Below, piece after piece: positions 8,799-19,250 of a stretch of DNA of 64,000 bases (positions are counted from its first letter, which is position 1; each line of letters starts with the position of its first letter). The notes under the pieces were generated by a model that saw only the letters and a program-made list of their open reading frames with translations, ran no database searches and was not told the DNA's origin. The position numbers were made by a program, and so were the translations under genes. Location of the stretch: the NCBI GenBank assembly GCA_903873905.1, contig CAIQQJ010000057.1, positions 8,058 to 72,057 of the forward strand. Direction: 5' to 3'. The DNA is from an uncultured Flavobacteriales bacterium. Lineage in GTDB: Bacteria; Bacteroidota; Bacteroidia; Palsa-965.

Positions 8799-9299
8799 AT
8801 GCATGTAAACTTTATTGTACTCTTAGTTGCAGCCTTTGTTCCGTTACTAATCGGATTTATCTGGTACAACAAAAATATTTTCGGAACAAGTTGGATAAAG
8901 GCTGCAGGAATAGATGAGGAGAAATCAAAAGGAGCGAATATGATTTTGATTTTTGGTCTTACCTATTTGTTCAGTTTCTTTTCCGCTTTCGCCATTCAGT
9001 TCATGGTGGTTCATCAGTATGCTGTTTATTCTGTATTGGCAAATGAGCCGGGAATAAAAGATTCTAATTCTGGAATTGCTATTTATCTAAAAGACTTCAT
9101 GGAAAAATACGGCCATAATTTCCGAACATTTAAGCATGGTGTTTTACATGGAACAATGGGAGGATTGACCTTAGCACTTCCTATAATTGGAATCAATGCA
9201 CTTTTCGAGAGGAGAGGGTTTAAATACATTGCCATAAATGTTGGATATTGGGTTGTAAGCATGGCCATCATGGGTGGAATAATTTGTCAGTTTGCCTAA
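8799..9299 (+). CDS. DUF1761 family membrane protein
   Basis: 166 aa with four TM segments. N-terminus FIVLLVAAFVPLLIGFIWYNKNIFGTSWIKAAG matches the DUF1761 signature (xxLAVLVAAxxxFxxGxxWYxxLFGxxWxKA). Confidence 0.55.
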   Translation: MHVNFIVLLVAAFVPLLIGFIWYNKNIFGTSWIKAAGIDEEKSKGANMILIFGLTYLFSFFSAFAIQFMVVHQYAVYSVLANEPGIKDSNSGIAIYLKDFMEKYGHNFRTFKHGVLHGTMGGLTLALPIIGINALFERRGFKYIAINVGYWVVSMAIMGGIICQFA

Positions 9300-10059
9300 T
9301 GGAATTCGTAGATTCGCATTGATTCGTAATTCATACAGTTTGGAAAATCTCACTCGCCTAAATAAATTCATCCGTGAAACAGGTTTCTGTTCACGTAGGG
9401 AGGCCGATCAGTTTATTGAAGACGGCAGAGTGACTGTCAATGGCAATGTTCCCGAACTTGGGACAAAAGTTTCTGCTGCAGATGATATTCGCATTGATGG
9501 AAAACCAATCAGTAAAAAAGAGGAGTTACATTATCTCGCATTCAATAAACCTGCAGGGATTATTTGTACAACCGAATTAGATATCAAACAAAATATAATC
9601 GACTACATAAAATATCCAACAAGAATATTCCCTATTGGGAGATTGGATAGAGCTTCTGAAGGATTGATTTTTCTAACGAATGACGGCGACATTGTAAATA
9701 AAATTCTCCGTGCTGGAAACAATCATGAAAAGGAATATCTCGTTACCGTTGATAAGCCTATCACTGATACATTCATAAGAAGAATGGGTAATGGTCTTCC
9801 AATTTTGGAAACTACAACGAAAAAATGTTTTGTTGAACAAACAGGAAAATTTCAATTTAGAATTATTCTCACACAGGGCTTGAATCGTCAGATTCGCAGA
9901 ATGTGTAATTATCTTGAATATGAAGTAAAGGCATTGCGTCGTTTTCGGATTATGAACATAACGTTGGAAGGATTGAAAGCGGGTGACTGGCGCGAATTCA
10001 CCAAAGAGGAAATGGAAACGATCAATAAATTAATTGCAAATTCCAGTAAGACCGCTTGA
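9292..10059 (+). CDS. rluF: Pseudouridine synthase, RsuA/RluF family (S4 domain + PseudoU_synth_2); true start uncertain
   Basis: S4 motif GFCSRREADQFIEDGRVTVNG. Catalytic-Asp motif GRLDRASEGLIFLTNDGD. ...REFTKEEM near the C-terminus is typical of RluF/RsuA. Confidence 0.75.
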   Translation: MPNGIRRFALIRNSYSLENLTRLNKFIRETGFCSRREADQFIEDGRVTVNGNVPELGTKVSAADDIRIDGKPISKKEELHYLAFNKPAGIICTTELDIKQNIIDYIKYPTRIFPIGRLDRASEGLIFLTNDGDIVNKILRAGNNHEKEYLVTVDKPITDTFIRRMGNGLPILETTTKKCFVEQTGKFQFRIILTQGLNRQIRRMCNYLEYEVKALRRFRIMNITLEGLKAGDWREFTKEEMETINKLIANSSKTA

Positions 10060-10066
10060 GGTTTTA

Positions 10067-12163
10067 TTAAACTCTCACACCTAATACTAGCACGTCATCA
10101 AGTTGCTCTAGATTTCCTTTCCAATTTAAAAATTCTTCCTCAATTCTTTTTGCTTGCTCATTCAATGGCAAGGAAGAAACTTTTGTGAGCAGTTCATTGA
10201 AATTTTTGGAAAGATATTTTTTCCCTGTCGTTTCACCAAACTGATCAACATAACCGTCGGAAGAAAGATAAAAGGTTGTTTTGTTGGTTAGAGGAATTTC
10301 AATTTCTGCAAAAGGGGCATCGCCTTCTTTTTTTTCACCCGCAACAGAGTAGCGATCGCCTTTCACAAAATGAAATCCAGTTTGATCAACATAATAGAGT
10401 GGGCGACCAGCTCCGGAAAAAACGGCTTTTTTGTAGGTTGTATCAATACACAACATGGCAATGTCCATTCCATCGCTGGTGTCACGTGCGTCAACATCCT
10501 TGTTCAAGGCGTGGATCATCAGCACGTGCAAACGGTCAAGAATTTGGGATGGACTTGGTTTGCCATCCTGCTCAATAATTTTATTCAACATGTTGATTCC
10601 AATAACAGAAACCAAGGCTCCAGGAACACCGTGACCTGTACAATCGGCGACAGCAATGTAAGTGCAGCCTTCTTTTTCTGCCAACCAATAAAAATCTCCA
10701 CTCACAATATCGCGTGGTTTGTTTAAAATGAAAGACTCTACGCCCGATTTTTTTAGAATGCGATCATCGGGCATAACTGATTGTTGAATCCTTCTTGCAT
10801 AGGTTATACTTGCAGTGATTTCTTCTTTCTGTTGTGAAATCTCCACATTCTTTTTTTTGAGGATGAAATTGTGTTTTTGCTTGTTGCGCAATATTAAAAA
10901 GATGACAACAAGGATAATGAAGAATAAAATACTTCCAGAAAGAAATAAAATTGTATTGCGTCGATTTGCTTCTATTGCGAGTTTTGTCTGTGTGTCGGCA
11001 ATCAACATCAACTTGTTCTTTTTGTCCAACTCATAACTCTTCCGCATTTTTTCCACAGCTTCCGTTTGCGCCTGCCCATGAATACTGTCATTCAGATTCA
11101 TGTATCTTCTCAAATTGTAAAGCGCAGGCTCAAATTGTTTTTTCTTTTCGTAGGAGAGGCTAATTCCGTAATAAAATTCCGATTCAACATCCCGAATTCC
11201 AATTTGTTTTGCAATAATTAAACCACGTTGATAATTTGCCAATGCTGAATCTGGATTTCCCAAATCTCGTTCTGTATTTCCGATTGAAAGAAAGGCTTTT
11301 GCAACACCTTCTGGATGGTTCAATTCAATATTGAGAATAAGCGCTTTTCGTGAATAATAGATAGAGGAGTCATAATTACCTAATGCTTTGAAACAATCGC
11401 CAATATTATCATAAGTTGAACCAAGTCTCATTTTCATTCCGTTGCTGGAAAATTTGGAGAGGGCAATTCTAAAATAATAAAGTGCAGAATCATGTTTATC
11501 CAATTGTTCAAACATGGCACCAATATTTCCAAGTAATGCAGCTTCCAATTCCTGGTTATTATTGCTTTCTTTATTTAATCTATATCCTTCTTCGTAGGTT
11601 TTGAGAGCATTGGAAATATCATTTTGCCTATAATAAATATTTCCAAGTGTGAGTTTACAAACAGCGATTCCAAATTTATTTTTTAATTTTTCCTGCAACT
11701 TCAAGGAACGAATGGCATAATCTGCTGCGTTGGGATAATCACCTGTGCGATTGTAAACATTTGCAATGTTTAAATCTATTTTCGCAACTTCCTCTTCTTT
11801 TCCCATCTGTTTCCATCGTGTAAGCGAGGAATCATAATAGAGTATTGCATTTTCGAATTGGCCGCTGTTTTCAAAGCTCTGACCACACATGTTATAACCA
11901 TTCGCAAGTCCATGGGAATAATTTGCTTTACGCGAAATGGCTATTGCCTTTAGTGCAAATTCCTTATGTTGTATAGGATCTGAATAGCGATATAAACTTG
12001 CCAGTTGATTATACGTATTTGCTAAACTTGTGTCGTGCTGCTCAATTTTCAAAAGGGCTTTTAGACTGTCTGCTTTTTTTTCGTTTTGTCCGAAGGCAAC
12101 AGAAGAGACAACCTGTATAAACAGACAAAATGTTAGAATTAATTTTAGAAGACGAGTTGTCAT
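10067..12163 (-). CDS. Membrane sensor: signal peptide, periplasmic TPR repeats, TM helix, coiled coil, PP2C/SpoIIE-type phosphatase
   Basis: TPR-like repeats (ALKAIAISRKANYSHGLANGYNMCGQSFENSGQFENAILYY etc.). TM segment ILFLSGSILFFIILVVIFLIL. PP2C motifs ITYARRIQQS, VADCTGHGVPGALVS, SSDGYVDQFGE and QLDDVLVLGVRV. Confidence 0.8.
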   Translation of the reverse strand: MTTRLLKLILTFCLFIQVVSSVAFGQNEKKADSLKALLKIEQHDTSLANTYNQLASLYRYSDPIQHKEFALKAIAISRKANYSHGLANGYNMCGQSFENSGQFENAILYYDSSLTRWKQMGKEEEVAKIDLNIANVYNRTGDYPNAADYAIRSLKLQEKLKNKFGIAVCKLTLGNIYYRQNDISNALKTYEEGYRLNKESNNNQELEAALLGNIGAMFEQLDKHDSALYYFRIALSKFSSNGMKMRLGSTYDNIGDCFKALGNYDSSIYYSRKALILNIELNHPEGVAKAFLSIGNTERDLGNPDSALANYQRGLIIAKQIGIRDVESEFYYGISLSYEKKKQFEPALYNLRRYMNLNDSIHGQAQTEAVEKMRKSYELDKKNKLMLIADTQTKLAIEANRRNTILFLSGSILFFIILVVIFLILRNKQKHNFILKKKNVEISQQKEEITASITYARRIQQSVMPDDRILKKSGVESFILNKPRDIVSGDFYWLAEKEGCTYIAVADCTGHGVPGALVSVIGINMLNKIIEQDGKPSPSQILDRLHVLMIHALNKDVDARDTSDGMDIAMLCIDTTYKKAVFSGAGRPLYYVDQTGFHFVKGDRYSVAGEKKEGDAPFAEIEIPLTNKTTFYLSSDGYVDQFGETTGKKYLSKNFNELLTKVSSLPLNEQAKRIEEEFLNWKGNLEQLDDVLVLGVRV

Positions 12164-12183
12164 AAAATATAACTAAGATCAAA

Positions 12184-14268
12184 TTAATCCACCATAAGGC
12201 CAATTACTAGTATGTCATCCACTTGTTCCAAATTACCTTTCCAATCAACGAATTCCATTTTCAGGATTTGTTTTTGTTTTTCACAATCGTGGGAATGAAT
12301 TTTTGATAACAATTCCCTGAAACGGGTGTATTTGAATTTCTTTCCAGCCGGTCCGCCAAATTGATCAGCGTATCCGTCAGTGAAAAGGTACACCATATCG
12401 CCTGGGAAAAGTTGGATTTCATGATTGGTATAATTGTCGGCAACGCCATCAACATTTATTCCAATTGGGAATTTGTCGGAATTCAATTGAATGAATTCGC
12501 CCTTTGTGATGATGTAAGCCGGATTAAAAGCCCCTGCGTATTGCAGTTTTCTTGTTGAAGGATCGTAAGAACAAATGGCAATGTCCATTCCATCCTTTAC
12601 GGTATTGCCCGCATCAGATTGCCGCAATAATTTGTTCACACCAAAATCCAAGTGATGCAAAATGTCGGAAGGTTTTGTCAATCCCATTTCATTTACCGCC
12701 TGATTCAACAAATTGAAACCGATTACTGACATCAATGCACCAGGAACACCATGACCTGTACAATCTACTGCAGAGAAAATGGAATACTTGTCTCTACTAT
12801 CCAGCCAATAGAAATCACCACTCACAACGTCTTTTGGTTCGTAAAGGATAAAACTATTTGGAAGGACACGTTTGATTTGGTTTGGTGGAGGTAGAATGGA
12901 ATCCTGAATTTTCTTGGCGTAATTGATACTGTCGGTAATTGATTTTTTTTGCATGGAAATTTCAATGTTATTCTTCTCCAGTGCAGTGTTGAGTTTTTCT
13001 TTTACACGATAGCGGTAAAAAATAAATGCAATAATGATAAGCAACAACAATATTCCAACGATCAACATGAGAATGTTTCGAGATGCTCCGACTTTTTCTG
13101 CTTTATGTTCCGCCTCGATCAATTCCAGTTTGTGCTGCTCTTTTTCCGAATCGTAACGGGATCGAAGTTGATTTACTGCATTTACACTTTCTTCCCCTTT
13201 GACACTATCGTTAAGTGATTTATAACGGTCCAAAAAATAATAGGCAGAATCAAATTTGTTTAGTCCGGCAAAAGCAATTGCAATTCCCTCATAACAACCC
13301 AAGCGCTGCGATTTGGATTCCATGATATAGGCAATACGCAATGCGTAGGAATAAAAATATAAAGCTGAATCATGATGGTTAAGGTCGTTTGATAAACTTC
13401 CAAGATTCTGAAATGTTGAACAAACTCCACTTGTGTCACCATTCACTCTTCGCAAAGTCAAACTTCTTCTGAATAATTCACCTGCCTCATTATATTTTTT
13501 TTGAAATTGACGAATGGTTCCGAGGTTATTGAGACAAACGGATAATTCATAAACGGCATTTTCCTTACTGAAAATAGTTTCCCCTTTTTGATAATAGTAG
13601 GCCGCGCTATCATAACTCTGCATTGCATTATAAACGTTGCCGATATTAGTTAATGCCCTTCCCTTAAATTCAGGTTGAGTGGGGAAATGATAAGCAATTC
13701 TCAATGCCTCACGATATTGTTTCAATGTAAGGTCAAAGGATTTTTGTTCAATCAAAACATTGCCAATGGCAAGATGCATGGCGAACTGTCCTTCATAATT
13801 GTTCAATATTTCATAAAACCTCAACGCTTGATAAGCGTGATCAACTGCTGCAGTATAATCTCCGATGAAATATTCATTGTTGGCCATGTTGCCAAGGGAT
13901 TTGGCTTGGCCCAGTGTGTCATTCAGTCTTGCGTAAACTTCATAAGATTGCTGTTGGTCCTTGATTGCTTCCACGAAATTTCCACCAGTTTGATCCGCAA
14001 GTCCGAGCATCAAATATGAAGTTGCAATTCCCCAATCATAATTTGACTTTTTCGCAAGAGAAAGTGCTTGCAGGGCATAACTTCTTTCGGATGTATCGTA
14101 TTGGTCATCCAATAATTTTGTGATTTTCACCAATACATTTACACGTTCAGTATCCTGCAAATTACCAGATAGGAGTTTTTTCAAACTGTCAACATTGTTC
14201 TGTGCCACAATGTTGCCCAATGAAAAACAGCAAATAAAAAAAATGATTGAGACGAAATGTTTTTTCAT
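12184..14268 (-). CDS. Membrane sensor: signal peptide, TPR repeats, TM, PP2C/SpoIIE-type phosphatase (paralog)
   Basis: TM segment ILMLIVGILLLLIIIAFIFY. PP2C motifs INYAKKIQDS, AVDCTGHGVPGALMS, FTDGYADQFGG and QVDDILVIGLMV. Confidence 0.8.
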   Translation of the reverse strand: MKKHFVSIIFFICCFSLGNIVAQNNVDSLKKLLSGNLQDTERVNVLVKITKLLDDQYDTSERSYALQALSLAKKSNYDWGIATSYLMLGLADQTGGNFVEAIKDQQQSYEVYARLNDTLGQAKSLGNMANNEYFIGDYTAAVDHAYQALRFYEILNNYEGQFAMHLAIGNVLIEQKSFDLTLKQYREALRIAYHFPTQPEFKGRALTNIGNVYNAMQSYDSAAYYYQKGETIFSKENAVYELSVCLNNLGTIRQFQKKYNEAGELFRRSLTLRRVNGDTSGVCSTFQNLGSLSNDLNHHDSALYFYSYALRIAYIMESKSQRLGCYEGIAIAFAGLNKFDSAYYFLDRYKSLNDSVKGEESVNAVNQLRSRYDSEKEQHKLELIEAEHKAEKVGASRNILMLIVGILLLLIIIAFIFYRYRVKEKLNTALEKNNIEISMQKKSITDSINYAKKIQDSILPPPNQIKRVLPNSFILYEPKDVVSGDFYWLDSRDKYSIFSAVDCTGHGVPGALMSVIGFNLLNQAVNEMGLTKPSDILHHLDFGVNKLLRQSDAGNTVKDGMDIAICSYDPSTRKLQYAGAFNPAYIITKGEFIQLNSDKFPIGINVDGVADNYTNHEIQLFPGDMVYLFTDGYADQFGGPAGKKFKYTRFRELLSKIHSHDCEKQKQILKMEFVDWKGNLEQVDDILVIGLMVD

Positions 14269-14271
14269 AAT

Positions 14272-17200
14272 CTATGTTTTATAACGAAATCCGATCACAA
14301 GAACATCGTCCACCTGTTCCAATTTTCCTTTCCAGTCCAAAAATGATTTTTCAAAAAAATCATATTGGGCAGGCATTGGTTGTAAGTGAATTTCCTGCAG
14401 CATTTCCTGAAAACGTTTTACCATGAGTTTTTTCCCTCTGTCCCCTCCGAACTGATCGGCATAACCATCGGAAGTAAGGTAAAAACAATCGCCATCATTT
14501 AATTCTGTTTCGTGTAATGTGTAAAATCTTTCATCACCACCATGATCACCTCCAATTGAATATTTATTCGCAGGAAAAACAATCATTTGGTTTTTTCTCA
14601 TCATCCAAAGTGGACGATTCGCACCTGCATAACTTAATTTTTTCTTTTCGAAATCCACAAGGCACAGTGAAATGTCCATGCCATCGCGCGTTTCTCCACC
14701 CATATCCTGGTGCAATGCCTGTCGAATTCTAATATGTAACAGATTCAGAATCTTATCAGGAGATTCAATGTTTTTTTCCAAAACAATTTCATTCAAGAGC
14801 GTATTGCCAATCATGCTCATGAATGCACCTGGTACACCGTGGCCCGTGCAATCCACACAAGCGATCCAAGTTAAATTGCCACGTTTCACAAACCAATAAA
14901 AATCCCCGCTTACAATGTCGCGCGGATGAAATAGAACGAATGAATCAGGAAATGAATTATGTATTTCTGATTGCATTGGAAGAATGGCATGTTGAATTCT
15001 TTCAGCATAATGAATGCTGTCTTGAATACCCTTGTAGGCATATTCAAGTTCAGAATTCTGAATTTCTATTTTCACTTTTTGTTCAACCACCTCGGCTGTT
15101 CTTTCTTGTACAATAATTTCCAGCTTTTCCTTTTGTGTACGCAAGCGACGAGCACTCAAACGAACAGAAATGAAAATGATGCCGAGAAAAGCAAGAACAA
15201 ATAAAATGTAAGCCAATGTGGTTCTATACCAAGGAGGAAGAATGGTGAAAGTGTATGAACCTTCCTTGCTAGTTCGTCCAAGGAGATTGTACATTTTTAC
15301 TTTGAAAGTATATTTTCCTTCGGAAAGATTTGTGTAACTCTTCTCAGGATTTCCTTTTACTGGATACCAAGTAGTGTCAAACCCTTCGAGTTTGTACAAA
15401 TAATTTGTTTCACCATCCAATTCATAATAAGGGGCGGAAAATTTGAAAACAATCGAATTGAATTGATAGGGAATTGCCTGCGCATTGGTGAAATTGATGT
15501 TGTCGGAACCGAAATAGATCGTGGAATCTTTTCCAATTTTTACGGAAGAAATTATGGTGTTGAAAGGGATGTCGCTTGGAGGGTTGATGTTGCTGTTATA
15601 ACGCAACAGAATCGAATTTGATAAAAGCCAAGCAATTCCGTTTGGTTCAGAATAGACATATTGAAGTTCGTTTCCGCCGAAACAATATCCAATAGGCAAT
15701 TTTGTACGGAAGAATTTGTTTTTCGAATCCATTCCATAGAAGGTGATTAATGGAGAGATATTTGTTTGGAGAAATAAGGAATAATCAAAGGGTGGTTTTA
15801 ATCCAATAAAATTCCCGTCAAAAAGCAGGTCGAATATTTCCGGCGCATTGGAAAAACATTTTGATTTAGGATCAGTAGCTCGTGAAGGAATATATCTGTA
15901 AGCTTTTGTTCCACTGAAAAAATAAGTGGAATCACCGACAACAACCATATATGTTTGTTCCATCGGTAGTCCATTTGTTGTGTCATAACGTTGAATGGTA
16001 AAATTCGTGTCGTTGACATTGAACCGGGCATGGATGACCTCCTTGAATCGATTCGCACACCAGAAATCATATTGGTCATTTTTCTTCGAAGCATAATTGA
16101 TTCTGCCAATCCTGATAATATCTTCTCCAGGAATTTCATAGTGACGAATTAATTTCGGAAGGTGTCCGTCAATAAAACTGTAAACAGACATTCCGCCTTT
16201 TTCCATCGCAATGAATTCATCTGGATTAGGTGATTCACAAACACGGTTGATGTATTGGGACGAAAACTTTTCAATTTTGCCATTATGGGAATAAAAAAGC
16301 CCTTCGCTTGTGCTGATGAATAAATCGCCTTTTAATATGGTGAGGTTCCATACTTCTGTATGTGGAATTTCTTCCACCCTTTTAAATCGCAAATTGCTTG
16401 GAGAACCATTCACATTGGAACATTCAATGAATAATCCTTCCGTTGTACCTGCAAAAAGATTTCCCTGATATCGAATCAGCCATTGCAAGGTTCCGGAAAA
16501 ACCCGACTGGTCGCTGAAAAAAAGCGCAGGTGAATTGTAGCTGACCTTGCTGATTCCGTTATTATGCATCAGCCAAATGTTTTTCTGTCGATCAACAAAA
16601 ACATCTGCAATCGATTCATCACCGAGTCCAGATTTTTTATTCAGAATCTCAATCAGTTGAGCATTCCGATTATAAAATCCAATTCCAGATCGTGTAAAAA
16701 CAGCAAAGGTGGAATCATTCACCCATTCACAACCTAATGCACCATGATAGCTTGAAAATGTATCGGCTTTTTCCGACAATGTAGAAAACCAGGTGACCGA
16801 TCTTGAATTGAGTTTTGGATCCATTACAAAAAAGCCGCTGTCGCTGCTCACAATAAGACTCTTCTGATTTTTCCATGGAATCATTCCCAGAAGGCGGGTG
16901 TTTACAAATCGTTCACCACCCGGGCACAATTGCAATTTGTCATTGACAATTTCCATTAATCCAACGGTTCGTTGCCGCACGAATAATTTTCCGTTAGATT
17001 GAAACATCAATGCAAATCCCTTTTCGCGTGAAGCTTCAATAGTGCCAATTATTTTTTTCTCCTTGCAAATGAAAATACGTTCTGTTGATTGGAAATAGAT
17101 TTTTCCATTTGCACCAAAAACTTTCCAGATGTCTGAAAATGTTTTTTGGTTCGAATCGAGCGATGTGGTTAATGATACAAAACCCAATTTGCCATTAACA

Positions 17201-17529
17201 GAATCGCGTTGCAAATATCCGAACTCACCAACTGCGCCAACATAAATAATTCCAGTTGTGCTATCAATCATGATTTGTCGATTGGCAGAACCGGATTTTA
17301 CAAGAACATTTTGAAAAGTTGTACCGTCAAAAACAAAAATGGAAGACGTTCCTGCAAAATAGAGTAACCCATTTTTATCTTGCGTCGCCTGCCACATTTG
17401 GTTGAAGCCAAGGTAATCTTTCGGTGTATAATTTTTAATGTGATATCCCGAACGCTGCGCAAACACTTCCCTCCCTGAAAAAATCAGAAGGAAAACAAAC
17501 AACAAACTATTCTTGATTGCAGAATTCAT
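14272..17529 (-). CDS. Membrane sensor: signal peptide, Reg_prop beta-propeller + Y_Y_Y domain, TM, PP2C/SpoIIE-type phosphatase (paralog of 4113..7424)
   Basis: Y_Y_Y region YLYKLEGFDTTWYPV...LSEGKYTFKVKMYN. TM segment LAYILFVLAFLGIIFISV. PP2C motifs IHYAERIQHA, CVDCTGHGVPGAFMS, TSDGYADQFGG and QVDDVLVIGFRY. The start codon overlaps the upstream gene stop (ATGA). Confidence 0.8.
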   Translation of the reverse strand: MNSAIKNSLLFVFLLIFSGREVFAQRSGYHIKNYTPKDYLGFNQMWQATQDKNGLLYFAGTSSIFVFDGTTFQNVLVKSGSANRQIMIDSTTGIIYVGAVGEFGYLQRDSVNGKLGFVSLTTSLDSNQKTFSDIWKVFGANGKIYFQSTERIFICKEKKIIGTIEASREKGFALMFQSNGKLFVRQRTVGLMEIVNDKLQLCPGGERFVNTRLLGMIPWKNQKSLIVSSDSGFFVMDPKLNSRSVTWFSTLSEKADTFSSYHGALGCEWVNDSTFAVFTRSGIGFYNRNAQLIEILNKKSGLGDESIADVFVDRQKNIWLMHNNGISKVSYNSPALFFSDQSGFSGTLQWLIRYQGNLFAGTTEGLFIECSNVNGSPSNLRFKRVEEIPHTEVWNLTILKGDLFISTSEGLFYSHNGKIEKFSSQYINRVCESPNPDEFIAMEKGGMSVYSFIDGHLPKLIRHYEIPGEDIIRIGRINYASKKNDQYDFWCANRFKEVIHARFNVNDTNFTIQRYDTTNGLPMEQTYMVVVGDSTYFFSGTKAYRYIPSRATDPKSKCFSNAPEIFDLLFDGNFIGLKPPFDYSLFLQTNISPLITFYGMDSKNKFFRTKLPIGYCFGGNELQYVYSEPNGIAWLLSNSILLRYNSNINPPSDIPFNTIISSVKIGKDSTIYFGSDNINFTNAQAIPYQFNSIVFKFSAPYYELDGETNYLYKLEGFDTTWYPVKGNPEKSYTNLSEGKYTFKVKMYNLLGRTSKEGSYTFTILPPWYRTTLAYILFVLAFLGIIFISVRLSARRLRTQKEKLEIIVQERTAEVVEQKVKIEIQNSELEYAYKGIQDSIHYAERIQHAILPMQSEIHNSFPDSFVLFHPRDIVSGDFYWFVKRGNLTWIACVDCTGHGVPGAFMSMIGNTLLNEIVLEKNIESPDKILNLLHIRIRQALHQDMGGETRDGMDISLCLVDFEKKKLSYAGANRPLWMMRKNQMIVFPANKYSIGGDHGGDERFYTLHETELNDGDCFYLTSDGYADQFGGDRGKKLMVKRFQEMLQEIHLQPMPAQYDFFEKSFLDWKGKLEQVDDVLVIGFRYKT

Positions 17530-18692
17530 TTCAATTTGTCAAGTGCTTGTTCAATATCAGCCGCGATATCTGTAATGTGTTCAAGTCCCACAGAAACTCT
17601 TACAAGTCCTGCAGTGATTCCTGTTTTCTGGCGTTCCTCTTCGGTAAGTTTGGAATGTGTGGTGGAAGCTGGATGTGTAATAGTTGTGCGCGTGTCTCCC
17701 AAATTCGCAGTTAACGAACACATTTTTATACTGTCAAGAAATTTTCTTCCATGCGCAAGACCTCCTTTTAATTCGAAGGTTACAATTCCACCACCGGATT
17801 TCATTTGTTTTTTTGCAATGGCATAGTGTGGATGCGAAAGCAGAAATGGATACTTCACACTTGCTATCAGCGGATGATGCTGCAACATGGAAGCCAGTTT
17901 CAATGCATTTTCTGAATGACGTTCCATTCGAAGATGAAGTGTTTCCAAACTTTTTGAAAGTACCCAAGCATTGAAAGGTGAAAGTGATGGACCTGTGCTT
18001 CTGCAGAACAAATAAATTTCCTTGATCAATTCTTTTTTTCCTAGAACAGCACCACCAAGAACTCGGCCTTGTCCATCAATGAATTTGGTTGCCGAATGTG
18101 TGATGAGATCGGCGCCATAGTGTGCGGGTTGTTGTAGTGCTGGTGTTGCAAAACAATTGTCAACGTTCAACAACACTTTATGTTTTTTCGCCAATTGTCC
18201 GAGCCATTCCAAATCCACTAAATCTAAACCGGGATTCGTTGGTGTCTCTACGAAAATCATTTTTGTATTTTTCTGAATCAACGCTTCCCAAGTTTCAGGT
18301 TTGTTGATGTCTGCATAGGTGAATGTGATTCCCCAGCGCACCAAATATTTTGAAATGACCGTATGCGTTGATCCGAAAATGGAACTGCAGGCAAGCAAGT
18401 GATCACCACTTTTCAGAAATGCCAGAAATGATGCAACGATTGCCGACATTCCGGACGCCGTAGCAAAACCAGCTTCTGTTCCTTCGAGCGCACACATTTT
18501 ATCCACAAACTCATTCACATTTGGATTTGAAAAACGGGAATAAATATTGTCTTCATTTTCATCCGCAAATGTTGCACGCATGTGTTCCGAATCATCGAAT
18601 ACAAAACTTGACGTTAGAAATAACGGAACAGAATGTTCATGTTCCTGTGAACGTTCGTTTTGAATTCGAATGGCTTTTGTTTCTGGCTTCAT
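17526..18692 (-). CDS. PLP-dependent Cys/Met-metabolism enzyme (O-acetyl/O-succinylhomoserine sulfhydrylase or cystathionine gamma-synthase family)
   Basis: 388 aa. Motifs typical of this family: SRFSNPNVNEF, SATKFIDGQGRVLGGAVLG (PLP-binding Lys region) and the C-terminal GLVRVSVGLEH. Lies next to metX, consistent with direct sulfhydrylation. Confidence 0.8.
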   Translation of the reverse strand: MKPETKAIRIQNERSQEHEHSVPLFLTSSFVFDDSEHMRATFADENEDNIYSRFSNPNVNEFVDKMCALEGTEAGFATASGMSAIVASFLAFLKSGDHLLACSSIFGSTHTVISKYLVRWGITFTYADINKPETWEALIQKNTKMIFVETPTNPGLDLVDLEWLGQLAKKHKVLLNVDNCFATPALQQPAHYGADLITHSATKFIDGQGRVLGGAVLGKKELIKEIYLFCRSTGPSLSPFNAWVLSKSLETLHLRMERHSENALKLASMLQHHPLIASVKYPFLLSHPHYAIAKKQMKSGGGIVTFELKGGLAHGRKFLDSIKMCSLTANLGDTRTTITHPASTTHSKLTEEERQKTGITAGLVRVSVGLEHITDIAADIEQALDKLK

Positions 18693-18728
18693 TTTATTTT
18701 TGAGTTCGGGGTAAGTAGTTACGAGCAG

Positions 18729-19160
18729 TTATGAAATTAGATTTCCATTCACACGAACTTCCCAAGTAATTTTTGCATCCGCTTTTTCTAACGTTGCAGC
18801 AACAGAACAATATTTTTCCATCGATAATTGAACAGCACGTTTTGCTTTTTCGGGTTCGATGGTTCCGTCGAGATGGTAAATCACGTGAACGTCTTGCCAA
18901 AGAGCGGGTTCTTTTTCTTTTTCCCTTTCACCGTCAATTTCTATTCTGAAATCTGTGATTTCCTGTTTTTGTTTTTTCAGGATGATGATGATATCAACTG
19001 CGCTACATCCACCAAGCGCCATCAATAAACTTTGCATCGGACGAATGCCTTTTCCTTTTCCTCCCTGTTCAGGAGCGATATCGAAGATGACAGAATTTCC
19101 CTCTTCACTTTTCGCTTCAAATTGAAAAGCATCGTCAAGGCGTTGTAGTTGTACTTTCAT
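18729..19160 (-). CDS. osmC: OsmC/Ohr-family peroxiredoxin-like protein (the ORF opens at 19223; the likely start is MKVQLQRL at 19160)
   Basis: OsmC-like core ...PMQSLLMALGGCSAVDIIIILKK...KYCSVAATLEKADAKITWEV with the two conserved Cys. Only 36 nt from the downstream sulfhydrylase gene. Confidence 0.7.
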   Translation of the reverse strand: MKVQLQRLDDAFQFEAKSEEGNSVIFDIAPEQGGKGKGIRPMQSLLMALGGCSAVDIIIILKKQKQEITDFRIEIDGEREKEKEPALWQDVHVIYHLDGTIEPEKAKRAVQLSMEKYCSVAATLEKADAKITWEVRVNGNLIS

Positions 19161-19250
19161 AGGAGTTTTTCGAGATTTCAAAGATAGAAAAGCTTTACTC
19201 CCCAAGGGACTTCCAAGAAGCAAAACTCATTATCTTCGACCAATCTTTCA

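Noticed and set aside
19161-19250. SAM or methionine riboswitch upstream of metX / between osmC and metX
   Set aside because: The divergent spacer is only ~90 nt once the osmC start is corrected. There is no recognisable SAM-I/SAM-II conserved core. Cannot be supported without a covariance-model scan.
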